Source: Camelus ferus
Taxonomy: Eukaryota
Assembly: GCF_009834535.1 (NCBI RefSeq)
Contig: NC_045697.1
Location: 7,194,001 to 7,258,000 of the forward strand
Length of the DNA: 64,000 nt
Direction of reading: 5' to 3'
Positions 50,071 to 63,352 of the stretch are shown here, in pieces. Below the pieces are notes generated by a model. It had not been told where the DNA came from and made no database searches. It worked only from the letters and a program-made list of their open reading frames with translations. A program made the translations under genes and the position numbers. The stretch's first letter is position 1. The number at the start of each line of letters is the position of its first letter.

Positions 50071-51239
50071 TTCTGTTCCTTTGTCCTGGGTGGTTGAGTC
50101 ACAGGTGCAGTGGCAGAAAGGGAATGAGTCAGCTCGAAGCGCAGGGATTCGTGGACGGAGAATGACCTTAGAGGCCGCCCACCTCCTGGGGAAAATTTTC
50201 TGGACTTCCCAGCAGACCCCACAGAGCATTAAAATAAACACACACAAACCAGAACCAAATAGTAAAACAAAAACACTTTATGGGAATTTTACCAAGTAAA
50301 AAATTTAGATAAATTATTGACTAGATTGCTTGATAACCACAGGCGGAAGGTGCGCCTTACTGCCCTGAAACTGGCATGTGTAATGGTAAGTGTGAATGTT
50401 CTGGTGATTCATCCACTTTCCCCAGTCATAGGTCATCTGGGAACTCTGGGGCCGTTCTAATGCCAGTCTTAGTTCACAGGTACTTCCAATAAATTGAAAC
50501 AGAATTCTTTCTCCATTGAAAGCTGAATGATAACTTAACAGGTTAACATAGAAGTCAATAATTCAATGCATGCATAGGCCAGGCAGAAAACGCTTAAATG
50601 GGCACGCCCTTGGACAGGAAGGGTAGAGGTCGTGGCAGTTTACAGGTAACAGTAGTGAATACCTAGCTGAGTGTTTACATGCGGAGATAGACCCTCAATT
50701 TTCTGCAAATATTCAAGGGTCTAGAAACCTGGATTTTACGTGGGAAGGCTTTCAATACCGGCATTTCTTTGATCACACATTGTGCACACGAAGTAAAGCA
50801 GGCCTCCTGTCTAGTTGATGCTGATTGGACACATTTTCTACCACTAGTTGTCCGTTTCTGCACAACCATTTATTGAGAAACTCTCTGTGGATACAAGTGA
50901 GTCAGACCTGCAGGATTCCCACCTAGCAGGGGAGGTAGCCAGATGGACAAGTGGTAGGGACACCTTGGGTCTGTAAAAGATGGGCTTGAGGCAATATGGG
51001 AAGAGCAATTATCTCTACAGGGACGAGCCACCGAAGACATCACGGAAGAAGTGGGATTTGAGTTAAACCAAACTTGAGGGATGAAGGGATGTTAAGGGGT
51101 TAGAAGTTTGCCAAACTATTGCGTTTGGTTAGTTAATTCTTAATGCCTAACTGTACTAATCTATTGTCAATGAGAGCAGACCACTTATCTGTTATTTTTC
51201 ATTAAGATCTATGATCCATTTCAGCCACTCACTACAGCT

Positions 51240-53840
51240 TTTTTTTAACAGTTCTATTGAAGTGTAATGAACATAGCATACAATTCACTTATTTAAAGTT
51301 TATTATTCAAAGTATTTTAGTATATTCACAGCACTGGGCAACCATTACCACAATCTAATTTTGGAAGGCTTTTGTCCCTTCTAAAACAGATCCTATACCC
51401 ATTAAGAGTCATTTACCATTTTCTCCTCCTCAGCACTAGACAACCATTACTGTACTTTCCATCTTTTTAGTTCGGGCATTTCATAGAAATGGGATAATCC
51501 AATATACGGTATTTGGTGACTGCTTTCAGTTAGCACAGTTTTTCCAAGGTTCATCTATGCTGTAGCATGTATTAGCCCATTGTTTCTTTTCATTGCCACA
51601 TACCATTTTACTAAACGAATATAACACCTTTTACTTACCCATGCATCAGCTGATGGACATTCAGGTTGTTTCTAATTTTGGGCTATCATGAATAATACTG
51701 CTGCTATGAACACCTGTGTACAAGCATTTGTGCAGCTATCTGTTTTCTTCTCTTGGGTCTATATCTAGGAGGGGATTGCTGGGTCACATATAACTATGTT
51801 TACCATTTTGAAGAACTACCAAATGTATTTTACAGTGGCTGCACCATTTTACATTCCCAACAGCAACGTATGAGGGTTCCAGTTCCTCCACATCCTTACC
51901 AACACTTGTTAACATGTCTTTTTGACTGTAGTTAGCTTATTGGTGTGAAATGGTATCTATTGCTTTGATTTGCATCTTTAATAACTGTTGACCTAGAGCA
52001 AAAAGACTGTCAGTTATTTCCCAAGCAAAAATGTGTTTACTCAGGATCAGCAAAGAATTGCAATGTGGGACCTGCAACCACAGGGAGTCATATGCAAGTC
52101 TGTGCCACAGGGAGAGGAAAACTCATTTAAAGAAGGAAAAAGGAAGTTGAGAGGATTATTGTAAACAAAAAGTGCACTGGAGGAATCGCAATCTTGAAGT
52201 ATTGTGGCTTTTCGTTGGCTGAGTTGTGAAAGTCTTTTATTGGCTGAGCTCTTCCCAGGCAAGAAAAGAAAGTCTTTCTTCTTCCTGTTGGACCCCGCTA
52301 TCATTGCAGCACATGAGAGCTCCCCCCTCTGGCCTCTCAACCCTATTTTAACTGAAGTTTCTGTTTATTCATTTTTCGTAACATAATGTAAATAATATTT
52401 TCATGTAGTTATTGGATATTTGTATATATTCTTTGGAAAAATAACTACTCATTTCCATTCCCATTTTTAAATTACTTTATTTTTCTCTTACCTAATGAGT
52501 TTTAGGAGTCTTTTATATATTCTATTTAAGAGTCCCTTATCAGATATGATTTGTAAATATTATCTCCCATCCTGTGGGTTGACTTTTCACTTCTTGGTGG
52601 TATGGTTTGCATTACAAAAGCCTTTAATTTTGATGATAATAAATTTAATTTTTTAATTTATTGCACTTGCGTAGTACCTAAAAAAAAATAACATAGCTTA
52701 ACTAAGTCATAGAGTTACGTTTTTATTTTATTCTAATAATTTTATGGTTGTTGCTTTTTTTCATTTAGGCTTATAATAAATTTTACGTTAATTTTAATGT
52801 GTGTTGTGAGGTAGGAATCTAACTTTATTCCCTTGCATGTGTCTAAGAACCATCTGTTGAAAAACCTATTCTCTCTCCATTAAATTTTTCCATACCTTTG
52901 TTGAAAATCAACTGAATATAAATGTAAGGACTTATTTCTGGACTCTCAATTTGGCTCCATCGACATATATGTTTATCCTATGCCTGCAGTACACGTTGTA
53001 GATTACTTTAGCTTTGTATTAAGTTTCTAAATAAGGAGTTATTAATCCTCCAACTTTGTTTTTTTAAGTTTGCTCTTCCTAGTCTTACTATCTTGCAATT
53101 TCACATGAACTTCAGGGTAGACTTGTCAATTTCTGCAGAAAACAAAACAAAACAAAACAAAAACAAAGCAGCTGGGATTTTGATAGGAATTGCATTCAAT
53201 ATGTAGACCAATATGGGAGCATTGCCATTTTAACAATATTGCCTTCCATTCCATGACAATGGATTGTCCTTCCATTGATTTAAATATTCTTTAACTTCGT
53301 TCAACGATTTTTCATTATTGTCGGTACCCAAGTCTTGCATCTAATGTTAAATGTGCACCTAAGTGTTTTATTCTATTTGATGCTAGCTGCTTTCTTAATT
53401 TTGTTTTTGGAAAACCTGTCATTAACGTGTAGAAATACAATTAATGTACGTATACTAATCTTGTACCACGCAGCTTTTGTGATCTCATTTATTAGTTCTT
53501 GTTGTTTTTAGCAATTTTGTAGGGTTTTCCATACACAAGATTATGTCACCTGTAAATAGAGGTAGTCTTAATTCTTCCTTTCCAATTTGGGTGCATGCTT
53601 TTTATATTCTTGTCTAATTACTCAGGCTATAATGTCTTGTATGATATTGAACAAAAGTGATGAAAGTAGACTTATTTCTTTTTGTCCTTGTTTCTGATCT
53701 CAAGGGGAAAACATTCAGTCTCTCACCATTAAATATGATGTCAGCTGTGGGTTTTTCTTAGATGCCATTTAGCGAGTTGAGTATGTTCCCATTCTATTTC
53801 TATTTGTCAAGTATTTTTATTAAGAAAAGGTATCTAATTG
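51240..53840 (-). mobile_element. L1MB/MC ORF2 plus 3'UTR remnant, about 2.2 kb, interrupted by an LTR
   Basis: agtggctgcaccattttacattcccaacagcaacgtatgagggttccagtt; gctgggattttgataggaattgcatt; cattcagtctctcaccattaaatatgatg. Confidence 0.9.
51986..52383 (-). mobile_element. ERV1-type solo LTR nested in L1
   Basis: tgtt...aaca inverted termini, 4-bp TSD taac/taat; L1 sequence resumes colinearly on both sides. Confidence 0.8.
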
Positions 53841-53889
53841 CTCACCATCCATAACTAACAAACAATAACATTTTTGTTGTAGTCACTTG

Positions 53890-54468
53890 ATTTTTTCCAG
53901 TTTTATTGAGTTATAATTGACATACATCTCTGTATAAATTTAAGGTGTACAACATAATTTGACTTACATACACCATGAAATGACTATCACTAATAAGTTT
54001 AGTGAACATCCAGCATCTGAAGTAGATACAAAATTAAAGAAATAGAAAAAAGGTAGATGTTATTCCCTTATGATGAGAACTCCTAGGATTTACTCTCTCA
54101 AGAACCTTCATATGTAACAAGCAGCAGTGTTAATTATATTTATCATGTTGCACATTACATCCCTAGCACTTGTAATTGGAATTTTGTTCCTTCTGATTGC
54201 CTTCATCCAATTCCCTTTTCCTCTATTCTCACTTCTAGTAGCTACAAATCTGATCTCTTTTCTATGAGGTTTTTTTTGTTTGTTTCTGAAGTATAATTGA
54301 CCTACAACACTGTGTTAGTTTCTGTGATACAACATAGTGATTCAGTGTTTCTATTTATTTCAAAATGATCACCACAATCAGTCTAATTATCACCTGTCAC
54401 CATACAAAAATATTACATAATTATTAACTATATTCCTCACATTGTGCATTTCATACTTGGGACTCAAT
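53890..54468 (-). mobile_element. L1MA9-like (laurasiatherian) L1 3' end
   Basis: ccagttttattgagttataattgacatac...tttaaggtgtacaacata...gatgagaactcctaggatttactctct; possible TSD tagtca at both ends. Confidence 0.8.
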
Positions 54469-54479
54469 AGTCATTTTGT

Positions 54480-55050
54480 ATTAAAAAATTTTAGTGTAAG
54501 TCATCCTGATAATTATTTTAACAAATATCACTTATGTCCCTTAATTTTCATATCATGAATTTGTTGCATGTTCCCCCACCCATGTCTGTATATTTTTACA
54601 TTTTCTGTATATGTGCAGTAATCCATAGTATTGTTTACCTGTGTTTTAATGTTTATAATATGGCATATCATTGCCTACAACAATTTATATTTTTACCCAT
54701 CATTGTATATTTTTAATATCTTCTAGGCTGATGCAAAGAGTGATTATTTTATTTAAGTGCTGCATAGTTTTCTCACATGAATAGTCTTTATTTTATTTAT
54801 TCATATCAATATTGATGGACATTCAGATTTTATTCTTGACTCATTACTTTATAAGCAATTACTGCTGTGAGATTGGTGCACATGTCATTTTATACGTATG
54901 AGCTTGAGTTTCTAGAGTACATACATGGAAGTGGAAAAGTGAAATTTTGAAGCTTGTGTATTTTCAAATTTACTAAATATTACCAGATTATTCTCAAAAG
55001 TATACCAATTTGCCCTTTGAATGACAATGGCCTTTTCATGCACCTTTACC
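54480..55050 (-). mobile_element. L1ME fragment
   Basis: attgatggacattcag...gtttctagagtacatacatggaagtggaa...ccagattattctcaaaagt. Confidence 0.65.
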
Positions 55051-55103
55051 TGCAGGAATTGCAGGACTGACATCTGTGCCTTTGAGGTGATCACAGGCTA
55101 GAG

Positions 55104-55305
55104 CAGCTCTGCCCATTGGAAATTTCTGGGATGAGGGAGCTGTTCTTAATCTACACTGTCAAGACAGTAGGCAGTAGTCACACATGCCACTGAGCAGTGG
55201 AAATGTGGTGAGCGTAACTGAGGAGCAGCATCCTGAGTTGAACTTGAAATTTAATTTTAAATGTATACAGCCACATGAAACTGGGGGAACCAGATTGGAC
55301 AGCAG
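55104..55305 (+). mobile_element. MER3 (hAT-Charlie)
   Basis: cagctctgcccattggaaatttctgggatga...gagcagtggaaatgtgg...aactgagga...attggacagcag; ctaga flanks. Confidence 0.8.
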
Positions 55306-56091
55306 AACTCTAGATGGCGAGAAGAGATCTTCCAACACCAGTAGCGTCTGACAAGTGTCGACTGGGAGAGGCACATTGAATACTACAAATGCTCAGAGGA
55401 AGGAGAGACCACTGTAGGGGAGTCAGGGGGTAACCTGGGAAGGCAAGGTTTGAATTAGGAGTAAGATTTGTGTTGGGGGAGAAGTCTGGGCAAACCAGTC
55501 TGTTATTAGCCACTAAAAGTGACAATTATGGCAAGTCTATACAAAATGGGTAACAATTTTTGATATAATGTCAAGTGAAAAAATAAAAATAAAAATTAGT
55601 TGTGATACGATACTTGTAAGATGTTTAATGTAGACAAGAATTAAAAATATATATGTATACATATGTATGAGTGTGTTAAAATGGAAACTTTAAAAATCAT
55701 TGCTTAATTTTTCAAACTGCCTTACTTTATAATATCTTCTTCCTTTTTAAAAATTGGTAGATTCTGTGAATTTATAAGAACAGATAATTTAATGAACACT
55801 TAAGAACCAGATTTATCTGTAGTTATAAGGTAATCTTCTTCAGGTGAGAAAGTCCAAATATAATCTTGACTTCAATAGCAGAATTTCTGAATGCAGAAAC
55901 AAATAGAGAAAGATTGCTAAAAATTCCTGACTCTGTGTATCCTTCAGCAAAACCTTATTATGGCACATTATGGATTGATTATTCTAAACTACCTGCTGTG
56001 ATCTTAGTCAATATAAAGTGCGAATTATTTAGGAAGCAGGTTCTGTTCTTTCTTATAGGAACACAAGGCAGCCACTAGTTCTCTCCCAAGT

Positions 56092-56113
56092 AAAAAAAAA
56101 AAAAAAAAAAAAA
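56092..56113. repeat. Poly(A) tract
   Basis: About 22 A; similar tracts at 33273-33293 and 56319-56343. Confidence 0.9.
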
Positions 56114-56359
56114 ACTGAACTCTCCCCACTCCAAAAAAAAACCCCAAAAATCTGATAGAAAACATGCACGTTAAGATTTTTAATTTAATCGTTCCCTTCT
56201 CTTTGGTCTTTGCATAGTCAAAGGGAAGGGGAGATTTGGTACATCGTACCAAGTGGTTTGAGGAAAAATACTTAATTCCTTGACGATTTTGGGCACCCAG
56301 CTATTGTTTTGGTTAGTCAAAAAAAAAAAAAAAAAAAAAAAAAGAAGGAGAATGGATTT

Positions 56360-56810
56360 TTTTCAATGAAAAATCTCAAACTTGCAGAAAAATTGTCAAC
56401 GTAGAAGAAAGAACTGACGCGGCGTCTGCCCTGAGTTCTGTTGGTATATATTTCCCCTAAACAAGAATATTCTTCTATATAAACGATAACAATGTCATTG
56501 AAATCAGGAAAGCAATCTTGATACATTATTACAATCTAATCTTCAAATTCCATTGCAGTTTTCCAAACGTTCCAATAATGTCCTTTGTAAGTGAAAGGGT
56601 ATGATTCAGAATCACATGTTGCCCCTGGAACAAGTCATTCTTTCCTCAAAGTTCAAGCTCTTGACCCTTTTGAAGATTGCAGGCCAGTTATTTTTACACT
56701 TGCCTCGATTTGGATTATCTAATATGGCCTCATGTTTAGTTTCACATTATACATTTTTAGCAGGAGTATCTCAGAATTGATGCTGTGTTCTCCTCGCTGC
56801 GTCTGTGAGG
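56360..56810 (-). mobile_element. L1MC5-like 3' end
   Basis: tcaaacttgcagaaaaattg...aaatcaggaaa...ccaataatgtcctt...ttttgaagattgcaggccagttatttt. Confidence 0.75.
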
Positions 56811-56812
56811 CT

Positions 56813-57260
56813 TGTGTTCCGCACGATGGCTCCAGAGAGTTCTTGCCCCGCCATGCTGTTCTTACAGTGTGCTGTAGACTCCCCTCCTACTGAGAGGGGG
56901 ATCTGTGGTTCTCTTCCCTTGACACAGGGGCTCCTGTGACCAGGAAGGGACTGATGCAATGTATCCGCCAAAGTCAGCTCATAAAAGCAAGGTAGCTTCC
57001 TGCTGGTGCGTTTGGGATGCTCACCCTTGGAACTCAGTCTCCATGCCCTGGGGCATCAGAGAGGCCATACGAAGTGGCCATGAGTAGGTATTCGGTCTGA
57101 AAGCCACAGGTGAGACTGCCAGCTGACAGCAAGCATTAACTCCCAAGGCCTCATTAATGTCCTTTACAGGTGAGTAAGTCTTCAGCTGATTCCAGCCTTC
57201 AGGCACTGGATCATCTCCAGCCTTCGTTTTTCCTCTGCTGGGGCTTCAGACCTCATGAAA
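56813..57260 (+). mobile_element. MaLR LTR (MLT1G/F-like)
   Basis: ctcctactgagaggggg...tcataaaag...gggatgctcacccttggaactcag...gccagctgacagcaagcattaac...tgattccagcc. Confidence 0.75.
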
Positions 57261-57814
57261 CTGAGACAAGTCATTTCTCCAGAGCTCAGCTCTGGGCCGT
57301 CATGGCTCTCCCAAGTGGGTCTGGATGCCAGTGCCATTCTGTCCCACCTCATGGCTTCTGGATTGAATTGTTTGGGAAGGAAAGAGGAGGGAAGAAGAAG
57401 AGCAATAAGATTAGGGAGCTGATAAATCATAGTCGTATTCTGGCATTGTCATCTATAAGCAGTCATCTTTGGCTCCCTGCTAAACCAGACTCTCAGTGTC
57501 CTTCCCTGCGAAGTGTGGGTGACGGTGAAGGTACCTCTCTCTTGATACTGCTGTGAATACTGCAAGCTAATATCTGTCCCGCTCCTCCTACCTTCCCACC
57601 CACCTGACACAGGTTAGCCTGTTCCTAGACAGCAGGAAGTTTGTACTTATTTTTAATACCTACTGTGTGCTTAGTTCATAGTGAGCATTCCATAAATATC
57701 ATATAATGAATGAGTCAGTAGTACTAAAAATCTTTATAAACTGTAAAACACTGTAGGAGTGACAGCTAGGACTAAGGAACAAAGATTTCTAACCCTCTGA
57801 AATAGTTATTTATT

Positions 57815-57843
57815 AATATATATTATATATATATATATATATA
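57815..57843. repeat. (TA)n microsatellite
   Basis: atatatattatatatatatatatatata. Confidence 0.85.
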
Positions 57844-58679
57844 AACTATTTTTGAAACTTAACTTCTCGTACAATCCCTGGCACATGCTAGGTGCTCAAT
57901 AAATGTGAATAATAAGATAAATGGGTGTAGGGATGGATGAACAGATGAATAAGTCAATGATCAGTAGATGTTTATAAAAGGAGATATTCTGGTCTGATTT
58001 AATTTTTGCACCTTGTACAGATGGGAACCCCTGAGGGTCTCATGTGAATTACATGAGGGAGGTGCTTGGCCAGCCACACAGTACAGAGCTGATGAGAGAT
58101 TTGCCAGTTCCTCAGCTGAGTGGGTTGTTTGGATGTCATAAACGGAGAGTTTAGATTCAGAAGTTTTATCTAGTATAAGAAAGAAAATGTGATTATTATA
58201 CTGGTAATTTGTGCAACTGTTTTGCATTGTATTACATGATAAAGTCTAAATTTCCAAGGATGGTATTCCAGGGGCTTTCCCATCTGGCTGCAACCTATAT
58301 CTCCAGCTTCATCGGGCATTTCCTATCATCTCCCTTCCCCTCTATTTTATATATGATTATGAGTTGAATATTTATCTTTTCTTGGCAGTTGTCTTCTGTT
58401 GCAAAGTGGAAATAACTTCCCTGAACGTCTCATTGCTGAGACTCAAATGATACAGAGCATAACCATCAGTAAACGTAATTTCATCTATGAAATATTTAGT
58501 GATTATCTAACTCATGCCATAAACTGCCAAAGGCACCAGGGATGAACATCTCGTAACCCTCATTCTCACAGTGAAGTGAGAAACAAAAGCATTAGAAAGG
58601 TCATGCCCAATGAAACACTGTACGTGCTATAACCTGCATTGTCGGTGTTGTTGGCACACAGCTGGGTGTTACTACTTTT

Positions 58680-60530
58680 TATGCAACAAATGTTTATTGA
58701 GCCCCTACTATGAGCTAATCTAGTTGTTGACATAAACATAGTTGAAAAGGTATGATGTCTGTTTTTTTCATAGAACTTACTTATTTTAGTGCAGTTCGTA
58801 AGCAATAAATAATCAAATAGATACATGATGTAATTACACTTGGCGATGAACACCATGAAGAAAAATAAAGGAGAGTAAAGGGATGGGACTAATGGGAGGT
58901 GGGGACCGGTTTGCTTCTCTTAGGAAAGAAGGGCTTTTTTGAGGAGAAATCTTTGACAATCAGAGATTTGCAAACAATGGCTCAGAGACTTGTAAATAAT
59001 AAGGAGGAGATGGAGAGAAGAGGGAGTGATCAGGTCCTGAGGCAGGAATGTGTTCGTGAATTATAGGAACAGAAATATGTTCAGTCATCATCATGACTGA
59101 GTGGGGCGTGCGGCACGAAATGGAGCTGGAGATACCAGCAGGGTCCTGACCATATAAGATCTCATTCGTACTAACAGAGCTTAAATTTTGTTTATGATGT
59201 TACTGAGTATTTTTTCACTAGAGTTCTTAGTAGGGGGGGGTGTGACATAATTAATTTATATATTAAAATGAAAATATGGAAGAATATTTGATTTGCAATG
59301 TTGTATTAGTTTCAGATGTGTAGTAAAGTGATTCAGATATATCAGACACACACACACACAGATATATTCTTTTTCAGATTCTTTTCCATCATAGATTATT
59401 ACAATATATTGAATATAGTTCTCTGTGCTATACAGTAGGTCCTTGTGATTTATCTAATAGTGATGTGTATCTGTTAATCCCAAACTCCTAATTTACCCCT
59501 CCCTTCCTCCTTTCCTTTTTGGTAAGCATGAGTTTATCTTCTGTGTCTGTGAGTCTATTTCTGTTTTGTAAATAAGTTCATTTGTATTTTTTTTTAGAAT
59601 CCACATATCAATGATGTCATATGTTATTTATCTTTCTCTGTCTCACTTATTTCACTTAGTATGATGATCTCTAGGTACATCCATGTTGCTGCAAATGGCA
59701 TTATTTAATTATACTTTTATGGTTGAATAATATTGCAATGTATGGAATGTTCTTTCTCCGTTCATCTGTCAATGGACATTTAGCTTCTTTTATAGAACAC
59801 TGTAAATCAACTATGCTTCAATAAAAATAATAAAAACAAGAATAAAAGCAAATATAAACAGGAGGGGGGCAAGAATGAAGAATGTTGCATTGTCCAAAGA
59901 GAGCTTGAACTGAGGCAGTCATGGTGGAGATGAGAAACAGTCAAACTCACAATGCATCTTGAAAGTAACTGGAGAGACCTGTTATTTGACTGGATGTGAG
60001 AGTTAAGAACAGGTTTTTGACCTGGCCCATCAGTTAATAGGTAGGTAGTTGGATATACGAGTCTGGAACTTGGGAAGCGGTCAAGGCTGAAGATATTAAT
60101 ATGAGAGTTGTGGGTACATATATGATATATAAAACTGTGGGCTTGCTTACTTGGGAAAAATGTATGGTTAGAGGAGGGATGAGGGACAAAGGGCCAAGTC
60201 CAGAATACACCAGTATTTACAGGTGACGGAGGATGGGCAGACAGCAAAGGAGTCTGCAGAGAACAGACTGGCTTCTCAGAACACGAGAGACAATCAAGAG
60301 ACTGTGCTTTCCTGAGCATCACGTAAGAACGCGTTTCAAGAAGGATGAACAGATGTGTCACTTTGTCCTGAGATTCTAAAATGGGGATTGATTTTGAATC
60401 GTTAGCTCTGCTAGCCTGGGTCACTCTGACAACTACCATATCATTGCAGTGGTGAGAACAAAATCCTCACTGCAGTGGGTTCAAAACAGAGTTAGAAGGT
60501 GAGGAAGAAATGAAAGTGAGGCTGGACAAG
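58680..60530 (-). mobile_element. L2, interrupted by L1 at about 59278-59850
   Basis: caacaaatgtttattgagcccctactatg...aggtcctgaggcaggaatgtg; gtagttggatatacgagtctggaact...gtttcaagaagga. Confidence 0.8.
59278..59845. mobile_element. Cetartiodactyl-type L1 3' end, probably 5'-inverted
   Basis: 59278-59790 antisense 3'UTR/ORF2 end (ttcacttagtatgatgatctctaggtacatccatgttgctgcaaatggcatt); 59791-59845 sense terminus aacactgtaaatcaactatgcttcaataaaa plus A-rich tail. Confidence 0.85.
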
Positions 60531-61339
60531 TGACTCCCTGCCTCAGGCCATTGGATCCCTCATCAGCTGTACTAAAATCAGCGAAAATGGTGATCAGAGG
60601 AATGATGGAGAGAGAGATGGTGACTGAGTGTCAAGTCTTCAGTGAGTGAAGAAGGATGACTGGATTGTGGCTGATGACTTCCACAAAGGGACGTAGGGTG
60701 GATATAATCCGAGGACATGTATTTTAGTGGGGCTTTCATGGAATTATTGACAGACAGGAGAAATGGTATCTTGCAGCAGCATGAGAAGCAAAAAGAGAAT
60801 CTATGCCAACTTTGTGTCCTGCAGTACAAGGGGCTGTAGGAGAAAAAGAGCCACTGCTTTTGTGAGCTTCACGGAGCCTCAGGACGATGGACCAAAGGGC
60901 CCATGAATCAGGGGCAGCCAGGGAGGGCTTCATGGGGGAGGTGATACTTGGAGTGAACAGTGACGTGTGAATAGGGGCTTGTCAGGCAGGTGGCAAGGGA
61001 GGAACACTTCATGCAAAGAAAAGCATATGAATAACCTCAGGGCGCAGAGACAGCAGACAGTGTTTGGGACCATCAGCAATTTACTATGTGTAGAGAATTA
61101 ACTAAGATAAAAACACACACGAGGAATGGAATGTAGGATAGGCAGCTGCTCAGGTAGCCAAGAGGCCTTTATACACACTTTGGGGAACTTTGCGACTATA
61201 AAGTGGTTTTATTTTTTTGTATGACTCATACAAAAATACTAGATACTAAATAATTTTTTTAATAAGTCAGTAAATACATCCAGCTAATATGAATCAAGGG
61301 CACACTATACGTTAGGTCCTAGGTTACATGCACACACTG

Positions 61340-61500
61340 ACACATTTGCTTCTAACACCAAGTCCAGGGTAGGTGGTACCAGTGCCCTGATTTTACAGGT
61401 GAAGAAACAGACATAGAGACAGCACTTGTCTTGCTTCAGGTTAAATCGTGGGCTCGGACTTTAAACTTGGTAATTCCAACTCGAGAGCCAGATTTTGACC
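61340..61500 (-). mobile_element. MIR SINE
   Basis: gggtaggtggtacc...attttacaggtgaagaaacagacatagaga. Confidence 0.65.
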
Positions 61501-62059
61501 ACATTACTGTCTGAATGAATCCCTATGGATGGATTATAAAATCAAACTAGGAATGGAGAGATCTGGGTCCTAATCTTAGATCTTTTACTCACAAGTGTGA
61601 GGGTAATACTTGTCCTCTTGAGAGTTCTGTAAGTGAATGCATTTACACTAGACTGGCATTTCCAGTACTTGTTCTGTGGAACAGGAATATTAAACCCTTG
61701 AGATGCTACCAGGTCTTCATTGAAAACTACTTCAAAGTCAAATAAGTTAGAAACAGAGCATTCTCTGTCCCATTCTTGGATAGGCACAGTGTGCCTTAGG
61801 ACGCTAAAGGCTCTGACAAGGTCTGCAGCAAAGAAGCCAGTTAACGTTTAAACCAGCGCTAGCCAAACATATATGTCTGGTCATTTACCATTAGGAGAAT
61901 CAATTGCCAAATCAACAGAAACAAACTAAAGACTGACACTGTGATCTGTGTGAGGCACTCGTAGGAGTGCAGCAAGGTGAGAAATTAAAAAGAAACACCC
62001 TTGAATTCAGAGGGGAGAGAAACTAACAAAAGCTTAGAAGTTGCTGTTTCATATCAGAC

Positions 62060-62245
62060 ACCTTACAAATGCAGCCTTACTTTATCCGCCTGTCAAACTG
62101 GTTGATAAATGTTCTTATCTTTATTTAAAAACAGGCCCAGAGAGGTCATGGGGTGTGTCTGAAGTCATCTATCTCCCAGAGTGGTAGAGAGGACATCGTA
62201 ACATGTGACTGCTGGCTGCAAAAGCCATGCTTTGACCACTATAAC
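62060..62245 (-). mobile_element. MIR SINE
   Basis: aaacaggcccagagaggtca...agtggtagag...gctggctgcaaaagccatgctttgaccacta. Confidence 0.55.
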
Positions 62246-62317
62246 ATGGTGTTTCTCCACATGTGGTCATGGGGACAATATTCATAATTACAGTAATAAC
62301 TCTCTGTTATATAAACC

Positions 62318-62528
62318 AGAGATCAGCAATCTTTCTCTACAAAGAGCCAGATGGCAAATATTTCAGACACAAGCTCTCTGTAGCAGCTACTCACATCTGC
62401 CCTGGCGGTACTTAGACAGCCCAGGTAAAATGTAAATGACTGGGCGGGGCTGGGTCCCGGAACCTTTCCTTTATGCAAACAGGTGGCCAGTTGGATTTGC
62501 CCTGCCGGCTGTAGTTAGCTGACCTGTG
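62318..62528 (+). mobile_element. MER58A (hAT-Charlie)
   Basis: cagagatcagcaatc...aaagagccagatggcaaatattt...aaacaggtggccagttggatttgcc...gctgtagttagctgacc. Confidence 0.85.
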
Positions 62529-63352
62529 TCATGCAATGTTTGCAGTTTATAGTGCTCTCCTGCTTTTGGTCTACGTAAGCTTCCCAGGGTTGTGCAAACA
62601 AGGCTCTGCGATTCTGTTTTACAGATTAAGTGACCAGAGTTCAGGGAGGGAACGACTTGTCCATGTTGACAAAGTTGCTGGAGTAGCTTACACCGTCAGT
62701 GGACACTTGGAGAACAAATTTACACATATACACCACTCATTACTCAGTGGATTCCCTGAGGTCAATGGCCCCATCTTTTCATGTTTGTGTGACAAAGGAC
62801 CTGGATGTAACGGGTATTTAATAGTTGAGAGGACAGAAGGTTAATAAAAGCACTTTTATTAATGGGAGAATATTCCAGTCCCTTCACTCAAAGAATATAT
62901 TACTTTGATGTGGACGTTTAACATACATAGTAACGTTTCTTCGAGGGGTGTAAGTTATATGTGGGAGAACTGGAGGGTGGTGTTATGGCAGTAAGTTAAG
63001 AATACACAGAGCCTCATATTGATGGAGAAGACAAAGAATAAAAATTCTAAGCACCAGAGATAAGAACCCAAAATCCTAACAATATAGGGCCATTCAGGAC
63101 AAATACAAATTAACCATCTACTTTAGACAGACCTGCCCTTTTTAATGTTCATAACCACTACCTTCCTCCAAGATTTACATTATGCTTCACTTATGCTGTT
63201 TAAGAGGCGATCAATACATTTAGAAAGAATTCCACTGAATATGTTTGTTATGATCGATGCCCATGATGAAAATAAACTCACTCACACATTTACGTGCTTG
63301 AGCTCTGGTGGGAGGTACTCTTGGACTTTGAGCTGAAGCTTCTGGAGTCTGC

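Noticed and set aside
59807..60439. Longest ORF (210 aa, minus strand)
   Set aside because: Lies within a decayed L2 and an L1 tail; non-ATG start, low-complexity end, no recognisable domain.
62691..62800. Possible minus-strand exon
   Set aside because: Poor polypyrimidine tract and weak exonic side of the donor; peptide not recognised.
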